A DNA stretch of 64,000 nt from Candidatus Latescibacterota bacterium. GTDB taxonomy: Bacteria > Latescibacterota > UBA2968 > GCA-2709665. The position numbers and the translations under genes are program-made. The stretch spans positions 832,001-896,000 of the forward strand of contig OZ244744.1 of NCBI GenBank assembly GCA_965219455.1, given 5' to 3'. Positions 28,300-38,879 of this stretch are shown here, piece after piece (the stretch's first letter is position 1; each line of letters starts with the position of its first letter). The notes under the pieces were generated by a model, which was given only the letters and a program-made list of their open reading frames with translations, had not been told where the DNA came from and made no database searches.

Positions 28300-30465
28300 A
28301 TGCCCATAACCCGCGACCGGGTCCTGGATTATATCCGTAAAGAAGCGGGCCGACCGCTCAAGCCTCGCGAGTTGAGGCGGGCGCTAAGGGTGCCCGAAAA
28401 CGACTACCGGCGATTTCGGCGCCTGCTCGTCCAACTCGAACGGGAAGGTGTCATCGTCAGGCTGCGCAACAACCGCTTTGGACCTCCCGACAGGCTCAAT
28501 CTCGCCACGGGTCGACTGAGCGTTAACCCCGACGGGTTTGGATTTATCTGCCTCGATGAAGGAGGCCCGGACATCTTCGTCGGGGCTGGCGGCTTGCGCG
28601 GCGCGTTGCACGGCGACCGCGTCGTTGCCCGGATTTCCCGCAGGGCCGGCGGCAAGCCCGAAGGCGGAATTGTCCGTGTGCTGGAACGCGGCGCCAGAGC
28701 CATAGTGGGAATCTATCGCGCCGGAACGCGCTTTGGCTTTGTGAAACCGGACGATCCCCGATTTCTCAGGGATGTCTACATCTCCCCCAACGATGCCGGA
28801 GAGGCCCGGGACGGTCAGATGGTCGTTGCCCGCCTCCGATCCTGGCTCCCGGGAAATCCCGAACCCGAAGGCGAGATCGTCGAAGTCCTCGGACATCCCG
28901 ACGACCCCGGCATCGATACCCTTTCCATCGTGAAAGAGTACGGCCTGCCCATTGAGTTTCCCCCGCACATACTCAAAGCTGCAGAGGAAATTCCAGACCA
29001 ACTCTCCGCAGTAGAAACCCGTAACCGGGTGGACCTTCGTCATCTTTTGTGCGTTACCATCGATCCGGAAGACGCCCGCGACCACGACGACGCCGTTTCT
29101 CTGGAAGATCGACCGGGAGACGGATACCGGCTGGGCGTACATATTGCCGACGTTGGCTACTACGTTCAAGAAGGCAGCCCGCTGGACCATGAGGCCCTGA
29201 CGCGAGGAACCAGCGTCTACCTCGCGGACCGGGCGATCCCCATGCTGCCGGAGCGCCTGTCCGCAAATCTATGCTCCCTTCTGCCCGAAAGGGACCGGCT
29301 TGCGGTCAGTGTACTTATCGATCTGGATGCGAACGGCCGGTCGCTGAAAACGGAGATCGCGCCGTCTGTGGTCCGAAGCCGGGCGAAGCTGTCCTACCGA
29401 CAGGCCCAGAGGTTCCTCAATGGTGTCGGATCGTCCGAGTCAACGCCCCACGGCGCCCTCTTACGGAAGATGGACAGCCTGCGCAGGCTTATCACCCGCC
29501 GGCGAATGAAGCGGGGCGCGATCGACTTCAACATTGCCGAACCTCGTATCGTCGTGGACCACGAGGGCAACGTCACCGACATTCGCAGGAGCGAACGCCT
29601 CGACAGCCACCGCATTATCGAAGAGTTTATGCTTCTGGCCAACGAAACCGTGGCCTGCCATCTGAGAGACCGGAATCTGCCTGGCCTTTACCGGATTCAC
29701 GACAGGCCGGACGCGCGAAAACTTGCGGACTTTGCAAACACGGCCGCCGCCTTCGGATTCGGGTTTCCGCGCCGGGACAGGATCACTTCAGCCGACATTC
29801 AGAAGTTTCTGGCCGCTGTTGAAGGGGAGCGTTCCGGCCAGGTACTGAATGCATGCTTGTTGCAGTCCATGAAGAAAGCCGTCTACTCTCCCGACAACAT
29901 CGGCCACTTCGGCCTCGCCTGTGACACCTACACCCACTTCACCTCTCCCATTCGACGTTACCCGGACCTGCTGATCCACCGCCTCTTAAAAGAAGCCGGC
30001 GGATTGACCGAAGAAAAAAAGAACGGGCTCAGGGAACGACTGCCCACGCTCGGCGGCATCGTCACCGACCGGGAAACCGTGGCCCAGAAGGCGGAAAGAG
30101 CGTCCATCAAGGTCAAACAGGTCCGCTTTCTGGAAGAACGCGTCGGCGACGCCTTCAACGCCGTTATCGTTGGGGTCCGGTCCATCGGATTCTTCGCACA
30201 GCTCGACGATTTTTTAGTCGACGGACTCGTCAGGGTCAGTACACTGAGAGACGATTACTACGTCTATCACGAAACAGAAGGCGCCCTGACTGGAGAACGC
30301 ACCGGCAGGCGGTTCAGGCTGGGCGACCCGGTGGTGGTTCAGCTTATACGGGCGGACCGGAGATTCCGCCGGCTTGATTTTCTGTTGCAAGAGGGCGGTT
30401 CCACGCCGGAAAGGGACCGCCGCCGGAGAACGAAACCCGGAAAACGCCGACGACGCAGGCACTGA
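28300..30465 (+). CDS. rnr: Ribonuclease R
   Basis: TIDPEDARDHDDAVS, VHIADV, IEEFMLLAN, HFTSPIRRYPDL, S1 domain, basic tail. Confidence 0.97.
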   Translation: MPITRDRVLDYIRKEAGRPLKPRELRRALRVPENDYRRFRRLLVQLEREGVIVRLRNNRFGPPDRLNLATGRLSVNPDGFGFICLDEGGPDIFVGAGGLRGALHGDRVVARISRRAGGKPEGGIVRVLERGARAIVGIYRAGTRFGFVKPDDPRFLRDVYISPNDAGEARDGQMVVARLRSWLPGNPEPEGEIVEVLGHPDDPGIDTLSIVKEYGLPIEFPPHILKAAEEIPDQLSAVETRNRVDLRHLLCVTIDPEDARDHDDAVSLEDRPGDGYRLGVHIADVGYYVQEGSPLDHEALTRGTSVYLADRAIPMLPERLSANLCSLLPERDRLAVSVLIDLDANGRSLKTEIAPSVVRSRAKLSYRQAQRFLNGVGSSESTPHGALLRKMDSLRRLITRRRMKRGAIDFNIAEPRIVVDHEGNVTDIRRSERLDSHRIIEEFMLLANETVACHLRDRNLPGLYRIHDRPDARKLADFANTAAAFGFGFPRRDRITSADIQKFLAAVEGERSGQVLNACLLQSMKKAVYSPDNIGHFGLACDTYTHFTSPIRRYPDLLIHRLLKEAGGLTEEKKNGLRERLPTLGGIVTDRETVAQKAERASIKVKQVRFLEERVGDAFNAVIVGVRSIGFFAQLDDFLVDGLVRVSTLRDDYYVYHETEGALTGERTGRRFRLGDPVVVQLIRADRRFRRLDFLLQEGGSTPERDRRRRTKPGKRRRRRH

Positions 30466-30696
30466 CGGTTCCGGTTGCGCGTGCTCCCCTGGTCGGGTGC
30501 GTCTTTCGGACTGCCCGGCATGAGAGGTGGCCCGGGAGATTTCACCGGCTCGGATCCTGAATGACGATGCGGCACCCGGGACCGCCAGGATTCTCACGCA
30601 ACGCAGCGGGCCTCCAGCGGGTTGCCCGCCAACCCTTTTGCGCAATTGCAGTTCGTCCGAGCAAATTCAACTCACACATCCCCGACAGGAGGGCCG

Positions 30697-32109
30697 ATGG
30701 ACCAGGGTGTCAAACACTTTTGCGGCATCTTCGGCATTTATGGGAATGGCGGTGCGGCGAAACTCACCACGCTGGGCCTTCATGCCCTGCAGCACCGGGG
30801 TGAGGAGAGCAGCGGCATCGTTTCCGGTAACGGTGAATACCTGTTTCGCCACACCGCAATGGGGCACGTGGCCGATGTGTTCGCCGACGACGGCGTATTG
30901 GACCGGCTGCCAGGCCACCTTGCCATCGGACACAACCGGTATTCTACCACCGGATCTGACACCCTCACCAACGCCCAGCCCTTTCTGGCGGAATGCCGGG
31001 ACGCCTTTGTCGCCGTCGCGCACAATGGCAACCTCACCAATACGGCCGAACTTCGCAGCCGGATGCAGGACGACGGCGCCATCTTCCAGACGACAACCGA
31101 CAGCGAACTGATTCTCCATCTCGTCGCCAGGTGCAGAGAAGAAAAAATGGTGGATCGTATTACGAGCGCTTTACAGCAAATCGAAGGCGCGTATTCGCTC
31201 GTCCTGGCCACGGAAAACAAGCTGTTCGCCGCCCGCGACCCCTTCGGATTCCGTCCGTTGTGCCTGGGCCAGCTCGGAGATGCCTGGATTGTCGCCTCCG
31301 AATCATGCGCGCTCGACATCATCTCGGCACGTTATATTCGCGACATCGAACCCGGTGAACTCATCATGATAGACGCGCACGGTCTCCGCGCCTTCACGAC
31401 CGAGGAAGCCGATCGTCACGCGTTCTGCATTTTCGAATACATATACTTCTCACGGCCCGACAGCATCATCTTTGGCGACAACGTCGACAAGACACGGCGC
31501 CGGCTCGGCAGACAACTCGCCATTGAACAACCTGCCGTCGCAGACATCGTGATATCCGTGCCGGACTCCAGCAATACCGCGGCGCTGGGTTATGCCAATC
31601 AATCCGGCATCAAACATGAGATCGGTCTTATACGGAACCACTATGTCGGACGCACCTTTATTACGCCCGGACAGGACAGTCGATCGTCCAAGGTTCGCCT
31701 CAAATTCAACCCCGTCAGGGGCGTTCTGAACGGAAAACGGGTCGTTGTCGTAGAAGATTCAATTGTTCGAGGCACAACGCTTAAACATCTGGTTCGAATG
31801 TTACGGGAAGCGGGCGCCCGCCAGGTTCACGTGCGCGTGAGTTGCCCTCCAATTGTCGGTCCGTGCTTTTACGGAATTGACTTTCAGACCAAGAAGGAAC
31901 TGATCGCCAGCGCCAAAACCGTGGAACAAATCCGCGAACACCTCGGTGCCGACAGCCTGGGTTATCTCTCCCTGGACGGCATGCTCGGCGTGGCCCCTAA
32001 CTCGTCTCTACAGTATTGCACCGCCTGTTTTACGCACGACTATCCGATCCCCGTCGAGAACGAAGCCGGCAAGCTGCTCCTTGAAAAACGAGCGGGCAAC
32101 CTTTTTTGA
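30697..32109 (+). CDS. purF: Amidophosphoribosyltransferase
   Basis: Short propeptide then CGIFG, LQHRG, GHNRYSTTG, CIFEYIYFSRPDS, VVVEDSIVRGTT, Fe-S cysteines; AGGAGG RBS. Confidence 0.97.
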   Translation: MDQGVKHFCGIFGIYGNGGAAKLTTLGLHALQHRGEESSGIVSGNGEYLFRHTAMGHVADVFADDGVLDRLPGHLAIGHNRYSTTGSDTLTNAQPFLAECRDAFVAVAHNGNLTNTAELRSRMQDDGAIFQTTTDSELILHLVARCREEKMVDRITSALQQIEGAYSLVLATENKLFAARDPFGFRPLCLGQLGDAWIVASESCALDIISARYIRDIEPGELIMIDAHGLRAFTTEEADRHAFCIFEYIYFSRPDSIIFGDNVDKTRRRLGRQLAIEQPAVADIVISVPDSSNTAALGYANQSGIKHEIGLIRNHYVGRTFITPGQDSRSSKVRLKFNPVRGVLNGKRVVVVEDSIVRGTTLKHLVRMLREAGARQVHVRVSCPPIVGPCFYGIDFQTKKELIASAKTVEQIREHLGADSLGYLSLDGMLGVAPNSSLQYCTACFTHDYPIPVENEAGKLLLEKRAGNLF

Positions 32110-32195
32110 TCCGGATCGTAAAAACATCTGAGTCTCTTCACAGGCGGTTGTTCTGCCTGCCCGTCCCCCATTCTTACGGGTTTACGACGTAGAAT

Positions 32196-34106
32196 ATGAA
32201 AACACGTCCAATCATCTGTCTCTTCCTTCTGGCGGGCCTTGGGGGGTGCGCTGCGTCCCGTCAGACGGTTGACCCTCCGCAGCCGAAACCTCGCGGACCC
32301 GACCCCCGGGCGATGGGTCACTTCATAGACGCCAAACGGTTCGAACTTTCCGGGCGGATTGAAGATGCCGTGGAGGCGCTGAGAGCGGCCATTGCCATCG
32401 ACTCCACTGCGGCCACCCTGCACAACTCACTTGCCCACAATCTGATCTCATTGAACCGGATAGCCGAAGCTGGTGAAGCCGCACGAAAAGCCGTGCGGTT
32501 GGAACCCCGAGCGCCTGCCCATCGATGGCTGCTTTATCACACCCTGGTCAAAGGGCACGGGGATACGCTGCTGGCGACGGCTCAGCTTGAAGCGATGACA
32601 CGCCTGAACCCCTCGGATTTCCGTGCATATACCCACCTGCTCCAGATTTACACGGCGAAACAGCAGCGCCATGACGTCCTGCGTGTGCTGGATCAGGCCG
32701 CGGCCGTGCCGGCTCCGAACATCCGGTACGATCTGTTGATAGCCGACGGTTATCAGCGACTGAATCTGCCCCGCAAGGCAGCCGGCATGTACCGCCGCAT
32801 CCTGCATCGCGATCCGGATCAGGCGCAGATCTGGAATCGTCTTGGCGACCTGACGCTTGCCGCGGGCGACACCCTGGAAGCCGCAGCCATCTATCGTTCC
32901 GGTCTGACGCACTATCAACACCGCTTGAACAAGAACACGCGCAAGCTCTGGCAGAAACTCATTGCAATCTACGACCGTGACGAACACGTGGAAGCACTGA
33001 TCTCGGAAACGCCCATGGATACGCTTTTTCTGGACCGGTTGTCAACTCACCTCCCGCGGAGCATTCCACGTTCGGGCACCAAAAACGGCCTCGAGACGCG
33101 CCGATATCTACATACGGAAACCCTTCTGAACCGCCTCATCCGGGAATTGCCTGAACGACACGACCTGCTCGGCCGGAAGGCGTCGCTGCTTCTTTTCACC
33201 GACCGCCCCGAAGAAGCCCGACACATCTTCCGCCAGGCGATATCGCTTGAGTCCGATCCGAGGTATCGGCTGGGCATTGCGCATACATATCTGAACGAAC
33301 GGGATTGGGACCCCGCAATCGAGATTCTTGATGGACTCTTCGGCGAAACGCGGGCGGAATCAGAACTCTATTCCCAGATCGTGACTGCGCTCGGGGGGGC
33401 GTACGTCCGAAGCAACCGCCCGGCGCAGGCGAGGACGGTCTACAACCAGGCCCTTGTCGCCCGGCCTGAAGAGCTTAATTATCAACTGGCGGTTGGCCGT
33501 ACCTATGTAGTCGAGAAAAATTGGGAGGAGGCGATTCCCGCCCTTGAAAGCCTGAAAAATCGCCTTGTAGACGAAACGGAACTTCTGGAGGAAGTACTTT
33601 ACGACCTGGGTCACAGTTACGAGCGCGCCGGGCGGTTCTATAGCGCCGTCGCCGTATTCCAACGCCTTCTTGCCAGGGCGCCCGACAACCACAAGGCGTT
33701 GAATTATCTGGGTTATATGTTCGCGGAAAAAGGCGAACGACTCAGGGAAGCGGAAGACTACATTAAACGGGCCTTGCAGGGCGACCCTAAAAACGGCGCG
33801 TACCTGGATAGCATGGGATGGGTTTATTTCCAGCAAGAGCGATACGACGAAGCGATGAAGTATCTCAAGCTTGCGCTGAAAGCCGAAGAAAACAGGCTGA
33901 ACAAGATCGAGATGGAGTTCCGAACGGACGGTCAGCGCGAAAATCTATCGGTCATTTTGGATCACGTCGGCGATGCCGCCCGGGCCCAGGGTGATATCGA
34001 CGAAGCGCTCGTACACTGGCAACGGGCGGTTGATCTGAATCCGGATAACGAAACCATTCGACGAAAACTGCAATCATTCGGCCCCGGCAACGCAAACGGA
34101 CCCTGA
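32196..34106 (+). CDS. TPR-repeat lipoprotein
   Basis: LGGC lipobox; ALNYLGY, AYLDSMGWVYF TPR signature. Confidence 0.85.
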   Translation: MKTRPIICLFLLAGLGGCAASRQTVDPPQPKPRGPDPRAMGHFIDAKRFELSGRIEDAVEALRAAIAIDSTAATLHNSLAHNLISLNRIAEAGEAARKAVRLEPRAPAHRWLLYHTLVKGHGDTLLATAQLEAMTRLNPSDFRAYTHLLQIYTAKQQRHDVLRVLDQAAAVPAPNIRYDLLIADGYQRLNLPRKAAGMYRRILHRDPDQAQIWNRLGDLTLAAGDTLEAAAIYRSGLTHYQHRLNKNTRKLWQKLIAIYDRDEHVEALISETPMDTLFLDRLSTHLPRSIPRSGTKNGLETRRYLHTETLLNRLIRELPERHDLLGRKASLLLFTDRPEEARHIFRQAISLESDPRYRLGIAHTYLNERDWDPAIEILDGLFGETRAESELYSQIVTALGGAYVRSNRPAQARTVYNQALVARPEELNYQLAVGRTYVVEKNWEEAIPALESLKNRLVDETELLEEVLYDLGHSYERAGRFYSAVAVFQRLLARAPDNHKALNYLGYMFAEKGERLREAEDYIKRALQGDPKNGAYLDSMGWVYFQQERYDEAMKYLKLALKAEENRLNKIEMEFRTDGQRENLSVILDHVGDAARAQGDIDEALVHWQRAVDLNPDNETIRRKLQSFGPGNANGP

Positions 34107-34107
34107 A

Positions 34108-34911
34108 ATGGCATGCCATCAGCGGTCCGGAACGCGCTCCCTCACCCCAAGACCTTTCCTTTATTTTCTCCTCCTGGTGCTTCCCGGCTGCGTCGCAACT
34201 CTTTCCCGCCTACCGGACGTCGGACCGGTCCCAACCCCGGACGACCTGCTGCGCATTGTATCCTCACGCGCCGACAGCCTTGTGGATCTGGAAATCCGCG
34301 CAGGAATAAACATGCGTGTAGACGGCGTCAAACAAAAGGGGTTCGCCGTACTCTTCTATCGATCGCCCGGCGAACTGAAGATCGAGATTAAAGATGCCCT
34401 GCTCGGCATCGGCGTGCTGTCTGCCCGCGCGCAGGGGGACTCCCTGGCCGCCTATCTGCCCAGGACCAACCACTACCTGGAAGGACCTTCGGAAGGCGTG
34501 CTGCGCGCCATCACGGGCGTCGATCTCGCGCCTTACGGCGTTCGGCACGCGTTGCTTGGCCTCGTCAACCTCTCCCCACTCAATTTACCTCGCATCGGCG
34601 ACTTCGCGTCGCACCGGGACAGCCTCACCGTGGAAATCATCGAGCCACTGTGGACTCGCCGCCTTCGGTTCGACCCCCGCGCCGCCGTCCTGCTCGAAGA
34701 ACGGGTATACACGCCCGACGGGCTTTTGATGTCTCGCCGAATCCTGTCGGAATACCGGCGGCAAAACGGCGTGATTCTTCCCGGAACGATGGAGATGATC
34801 CAGGGCAACGACCGGATCCGGATTCAGGTTGTCAGCCGGAAAGTCAATTCCGGCGTACCGGAACGCCGATTTCAACTGAAAGTGCCCGGTGACGCCATTC
34901 GACTTGAATGA
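34108..34911 (+). CDS. Lipoprotein, DUF4292/LolB-like fold
   Basis: LPGC lipobox; beta-rich pattern; typical position after a TPR lipoprotein. Confidence 0.55.
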   Translation: MACHQRSGTRSLTPRPFLYFLLLVLPGCVATLSRLPDVGPVPTPDDLLRIVSSRADSLVDLEIRAGINMRVDGVKQKGFAVLFYRSPGELKIEIKDALLGIGVLSARAQGDSLAAYLPRTNHYLEGPSEGVLRAITGVDLAPYGVRHALLGLVNLSPLNLPRIGDFASHRDSLTVEIIEPLWTRRLRFDPRAAVLLEERVYTPDGLLMSRRILSEYRRQNGVILPGTMEMIQGNDRIRIQVVSRKVNSGVPERRFQLKVPGDAIRLE

Positions 34912-34998
34912 AACGGGGCTGTAATGTAAACACCGAACGAGAGCTTGAGAGGGTGGAGCGGACATTCTTGTCTGCTCGCATACATCAAAACGGAACAA

Positions 34999-36342
34999 AT
35001 GAAAAAGCTGGCTATTTCAAACCTTGTTCTTCTTTTGACGGCTGTCTTGTTTTCCCCCGATGGGACGACCCTGGCAAGCGACAGTTACGATGGTAACGTC
35101 CGGTTGTCTGACGTTAGCACCGGACAGGCAAAGCACATCCTCACAGGTCATACGGATTGGATCTGGTCGGTGGTGTTTTCGCCGGACGGGAGGACGCTGG
35201 CAAGTGGTAGTTTCGATGACACCGTGTGGTTGTGGGACGTTGCCACGGGACAGGAAAAACACACCCTCATTGGACATACGGGCACTACCCGGTCGGTGGT
35301 GTTTTCACCGGACGGGAGGACGCTGGCAAGCGGCAGTGGTGATCGTACGGTTCGGTTGTGGGACGTGGACACCGGAAAGGAAAAACACACCCTCACTGGA
35401 CATACCCGCGGGGTCGTTTCGGTGGTGTACTCACCGGACGGGAGGACGCTGGCAAGTGGCAGTTACGACCATACGGTTCGGTTATGGGACGTGGACACCG
35501 GAAAGGAAAAACACACCCTCACTGGACATACGGATTTTGTCGAGTCGGTGGTGTTTTCGCCGGATGGGACCACGCTGGCCAGCGCCGGCAATTTCGATCA
35601 AACGGCGCGGTTGTGGGACGTGGCCACCGGGCAGGAAAAACACACCCTCGCAGGTCATACGCGTAGTGTCCTTTCGGTGGTGTTTTCGCCGGATGGAATG
35701 ACCCTTGCCAGCGGTAGTGCCGATCAAACGGCGCGGTTGTGGGACGTAGCCGCCGGGCAGGAAAAACACACCCTCACGGGACATTCCGGTATTGTCGTTT
35801 CGGTGGTGTTTTCACCCGATGGGACCACGCTGGCCAGTGCCGGCACGTTCGATTATACGGTGCGGCTGTGGGACGTGGCCACAGGACGTGAATCACACAC
35901 CCTCACAGGACACACGGGCACTGTCCTTTCGGTGGTTTTCTCACCGGATGGGAGGACGCTGGCAAGCGGTAGTGGCAATCGGGACAATACGGTGCGGTTG
36001 TGGGACGTTGCCACGGGACAGGAAAGACACACCCTCACAGGACATACGGGCACTGTCACTCTGGTGGTGTTTTCGCCGGACGGGAGGACGCTGGCAAGTG
36101 GCAGTCACGACGGCACGGTCCGGCTTTGGGATATGTCGCCGCTCCTCACACCTCCAACCTCCAGCTCCGACTTCGATGGCGACGGGACCGTGGGATTCTC
36201 CGACTTCCTGCTATTCGCTGGAAACTTCGGGCTGAGCCGGGCAGATGCGGGATACGACGCGCGCTTCGATCTGGACGGCGACGGCGGCATCGGATTCAGC
36301 GATTTTCTCATCTTCGCCGGCAGCTTCGGCAAGGGTGCGTGA
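34999..36342 (+). CDS. WD40-repeat protein (9 repeats) with C-terminal EF-hand/dockerin-like module
   Basis: Repeats GHT..V.SVVFSPDG.TLASGS.D.TVRLWD; DFDGDGTVGFSDFLLFA and DLDGDGGIGFSDFLIFA. Confidence 0.92.
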   Translation: MKKLAISNLVLLLTAVLFSPDGTTLASDSYDGNVRLSDVSTGQAKHILTGHTDWIWSVVFSPDGRTLASGSFDDTVWLWDVATGQEKHTLIGHTGTTRSVVFSPDGRTLASGSGDRTVRLWDVDTGKEKHTLTGHTRGVVSVVYSPDGRTLASGSYDHTVRLWDVDTGKEKHTLTGHTDFVESVVFSPDGTTLASAGNFDQTARLWDVATGQEKHTLAGHTRSVLSVVFSPDGMTLASGSADQTARLWDVAAGQEKHTLTGHSGIVVSVVFSPDGTTLASAGTFDYTVRLWDVATGRESHTLTGHTGTVLSVVFSPDGRTLASGSGNRDNTVRLWDVATGQERHTLTGHTGTVTLVVFSPDGRTLASGSHDGTVRLWDMSPLLTPPTSSSDFDGDGTVGFSDFLLFAGNFGLSRADAGYDARFDLDGDGGIGFSDFLIFAGSFGKGA

Positions 36343-36410
36343 GGCGTCCGGAACGGCGTCAGCGACGATCGGTGGACCTCCTGGTTCTGCCGTTTGACGT
36401 CTGGCCTCTT

Positions 36411-38732
36411 TCACTCAATCACCCGGAACAATTCATCACGTGTCGCTGTTTGTCCGGTGTGCAGATCCTTAACCCGTACCGATAACCGGTGCACGCCTGT
36501 CGGTACGTGGTCCAGGTCAATCTGCAAATACGTAAAGTCATCCTCCTCATGCCCCTCGTAATGGCTTGTGACCGTCGTCTCTGCGCCCTCTCCGCTGCGT
36601 GCCATTTCTCTGATCCGCCTGGCCTGTTCATCGTCTTCGGGTTCTCGCGCTTCTTCCACGAGTGTTATCTCCAGCTTCTCGTTGCGCGTCACATTTACCT
36701 GTGCCACATTCGATGCCTCGCCCTCTCCCGGCAACCGCTGCGCCACGAACAGGTACGGATCGATCTCCTCTTCCCCGGGCCAGCCGATCCGATAGGAGAT
36801 CTCATACTGCGTGCGCCCATATTCATCTCGCTTCAGGTTATACACCTCCACGTAGATGAACGCAGGTTCGGAACGATGATAGGTGCGCAGCGGATTTGCC
36901 ACGACGTTGAGATGGCTTCTTTTCTCCGGAAACGGGGATCCCGTCTCAATCTGCGTGGCCAGCAGCAAATCGCCCATCGCAAGGGAAGAGTCCACAGTCG
37001 CAAAGCCACGCTCCACCCGAAACGTCCCGATCGACCCCCGCTCCCGGTCCCGTACCTCGCCAACCAGATGGTACGTGCCGGGGGCCACCCTGAATGCCAA
37101 CTGAAACACCAGATGACCATTCCGCAAGCTGTCCGCAGCAGGATACCCGCTGGGCGTTAACTCAGGCCAACTCATGTTGAGATCCGACCGCCTCCGATAT
37201 ATCTCGTCCCAGTTCTCGTCAAACACAAATACTCCGTTTTCCAATACAAAACCACTGTCCGCATCCGAGGCAGAGACGTTGTACTTCGGTACCACATACG
37301 CCAGTTCCACGCGGACGCTGTCATCATCCTTGAAGCTTGACACCTGGTATGGGATTCTGTATTTGCTAAACCGAAACGGGTCCATATAGTGTGTTGGTCG
37401 ATAATTGAACGTATACCGTCCCGATGTCCGACCCGGACGGGTGTCGAAACGCCACGAATCCAGACCGTCGCTGTTGACAAACGAGATCGAGAATCCCTCA
37501 TAGTACCACTCCTCGTCACCGCCTTGGATACTTTGGCCGAACCTGCTATCGAACGAGTCAACACCTCCTGGGATTTCAAGCCGCCTTGCCTTCCTGTTGA
37601 GAGCAGGCCCGAATTTTATGTGTGCTTTCCCGCGGTCCGTCTGCCATCCCGGTTTCCCCTTCAGTCGCCGCCCATATCGAAGATTGGCATACGCCAGGCG
37701 TCCATAGTGCTCCATCCGCCGCTCGCTGAATGACGTCAAGTAAAGTGGATCACGTTCCCCCCAGAATCGCGCCCGCACTCGGTTATCCGTCCATCCGATT
37801 CGGGTCGTATCGGTCGTCGCAATCGAATCAAGTACCGATTGTTCCTCCTGGCTTGCAATCAGGTCCACGGACTCCATCAGCGCGCGTTCCTCCGTCGACA
37901 TTCGCTCCAGTGCGCGCATATAATACTCATGGGCAGTCTCCCATTCACCCATCCCCTGGTATCCCAAGCCACAATAGAGCAGCGCGTCCTTGTCCTCGGG
38001 ATACTGATCCATGCATAGCTTTGATGCCTTCACGAGTCCTTCAGGGTTCTTGCTTTCATAATGGATCAGCCCCAAATCGTAATACGCGTCTCGATTTTTA
38101 GGATCTGCCACGATGCTCTTTACCAAGAATGCCAACGCCTTCTCCCGATCCCGCGTAGCGTGTTCTTCCCAACGAAACAGGTGATACGTTGGTGGACCCG
38201 CCACACTTATTACGATATCCACGTGCTCCAGATTGATATACTTCAGGAACGCCTGCATGGAAAAAAAGCCTACCCTATACGCCGCCTCGGCAAGTCTTTC
38301 AGGATGGGTCTCACAAACCTTTTCGTAATGCCGTTCGGCATTCAACCAGAGACCCTGCTTCCCGAGCAACTCCCCAAGCGTCAATTGATAATCCCCGTTG
38401 CCGGGATCAAGCCGAATCGCCTCGTCCAGGGTCTTGCGCGCGCTCTGGCGACCCAACGGTGTATCCATCGACATATACAATTTCGCCATCTCGTATTGAG
38501 CCGGTGCGTGGTCCCGATCCACGTCTAATACCTCACGAAACGCTTCCACGCTCTTTTCTACAGTGAGGTTCTCCACACTTGCTAGCGCTGCCTGGTAAAG
38601 GCTGTCGGCATGGTGAGTTTTGGCGCCTGCATTTGGTGTGGTGAAACAGAGCCCAAAACACAGGAACGCAGAAGCCGAATATGTCAGCCAGTTGCGGCAT
38701 CTTTGCAATCGATGATCCCTTTCGAATGACAT
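36411..38732 (-). CDS. GWxTD-domain protein with N-terminal TPRs (paralog 1)
   Basis: FW..RDP, EHYGRLAYANLRY, GWQTDRGKAHIKFGP; signal-like N-terminus; GGAGG RBS. Confidence 0.85.
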   Translation of the reverse strand: MSFERDHRLQRCRNWLTYSASAFLCFGLCFTTPNAGAKTHHADSLYQAALASVENLTVEKSVEAFREVLDVDRDHAPAQYEMAKLYMSMDTPLGRQSARKTLDEAIRLDPGNGDYQLTLGELLGKQGLWLNAERHYEKVCETHPERLAEAAYRVGFFSMQAFLKYINLEHVDIVISVAGPPTYHLFRWEEHATRDREKALAFLVKSIVADPKNRDAYYDLGLIHYESKNPEGLVKASKLCMDQYPEDKDALLYCGLGYQGMGEWETAHEYYMRALERMSTEERALMESVDLIASQEEQSVLDSIATTDTTRIGWTDNRVRARFWGERDPLYLTSFSERRMEHYGRLAYANLRYGRRLKGKPGWQTDRGKAHIKFGPALNRKARRLEIPGGVDSFDSRFGQSIQGGDEEWYYEGFSISFVNSDGLDSWRFDTRPGRTSGRYTFNYRPTHYMDPFRFSKYRIPYQVSSFKDDDSVRVELAYVVPKYNVSASDADSGFVLENGVFVFDENWDEIYRRRSDLNMSWPELTPSGYPAADSLRNGHLVFQLAFRVAPGTYHLVGEVRDRERGSIGTFRVERGFATVDSSLAMGDLLLATQIETGSPFPEKRSHLNVVANPLRTYHRSEPAFIYVEVYNLKRDEYGRTQYEISYRIGWPGEEEIDPYLFVAQRLPGEGEASNVAQVNVTRNEKLEITLVEEAREPEDDEQARRIREMARSGEGAETTVTSHYEGHEEDDFTYLQIDLDHVPTGVHRLSVRVKDLHTGQTATRDELFRVIE

Positions 38733-38879
38733 GCTAATACCTCCTGTGCTGATCGCTGGACAAACCGAATTCAGAAGCTTCTACAAGACCAAAACACCTT
38801 CTTTTCCGATGCACATGCGTAACCAGATGATCATGTTGCAGTGTTCGGTGTCTGTCGTGGATCCGGCACAACAATCACC

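Noticed and set aside
35040-36140. Regular ~126-bp DNA repeats as CRISPR or non-coding array
   Set aside because: They are in-frame WD40 coding repeats
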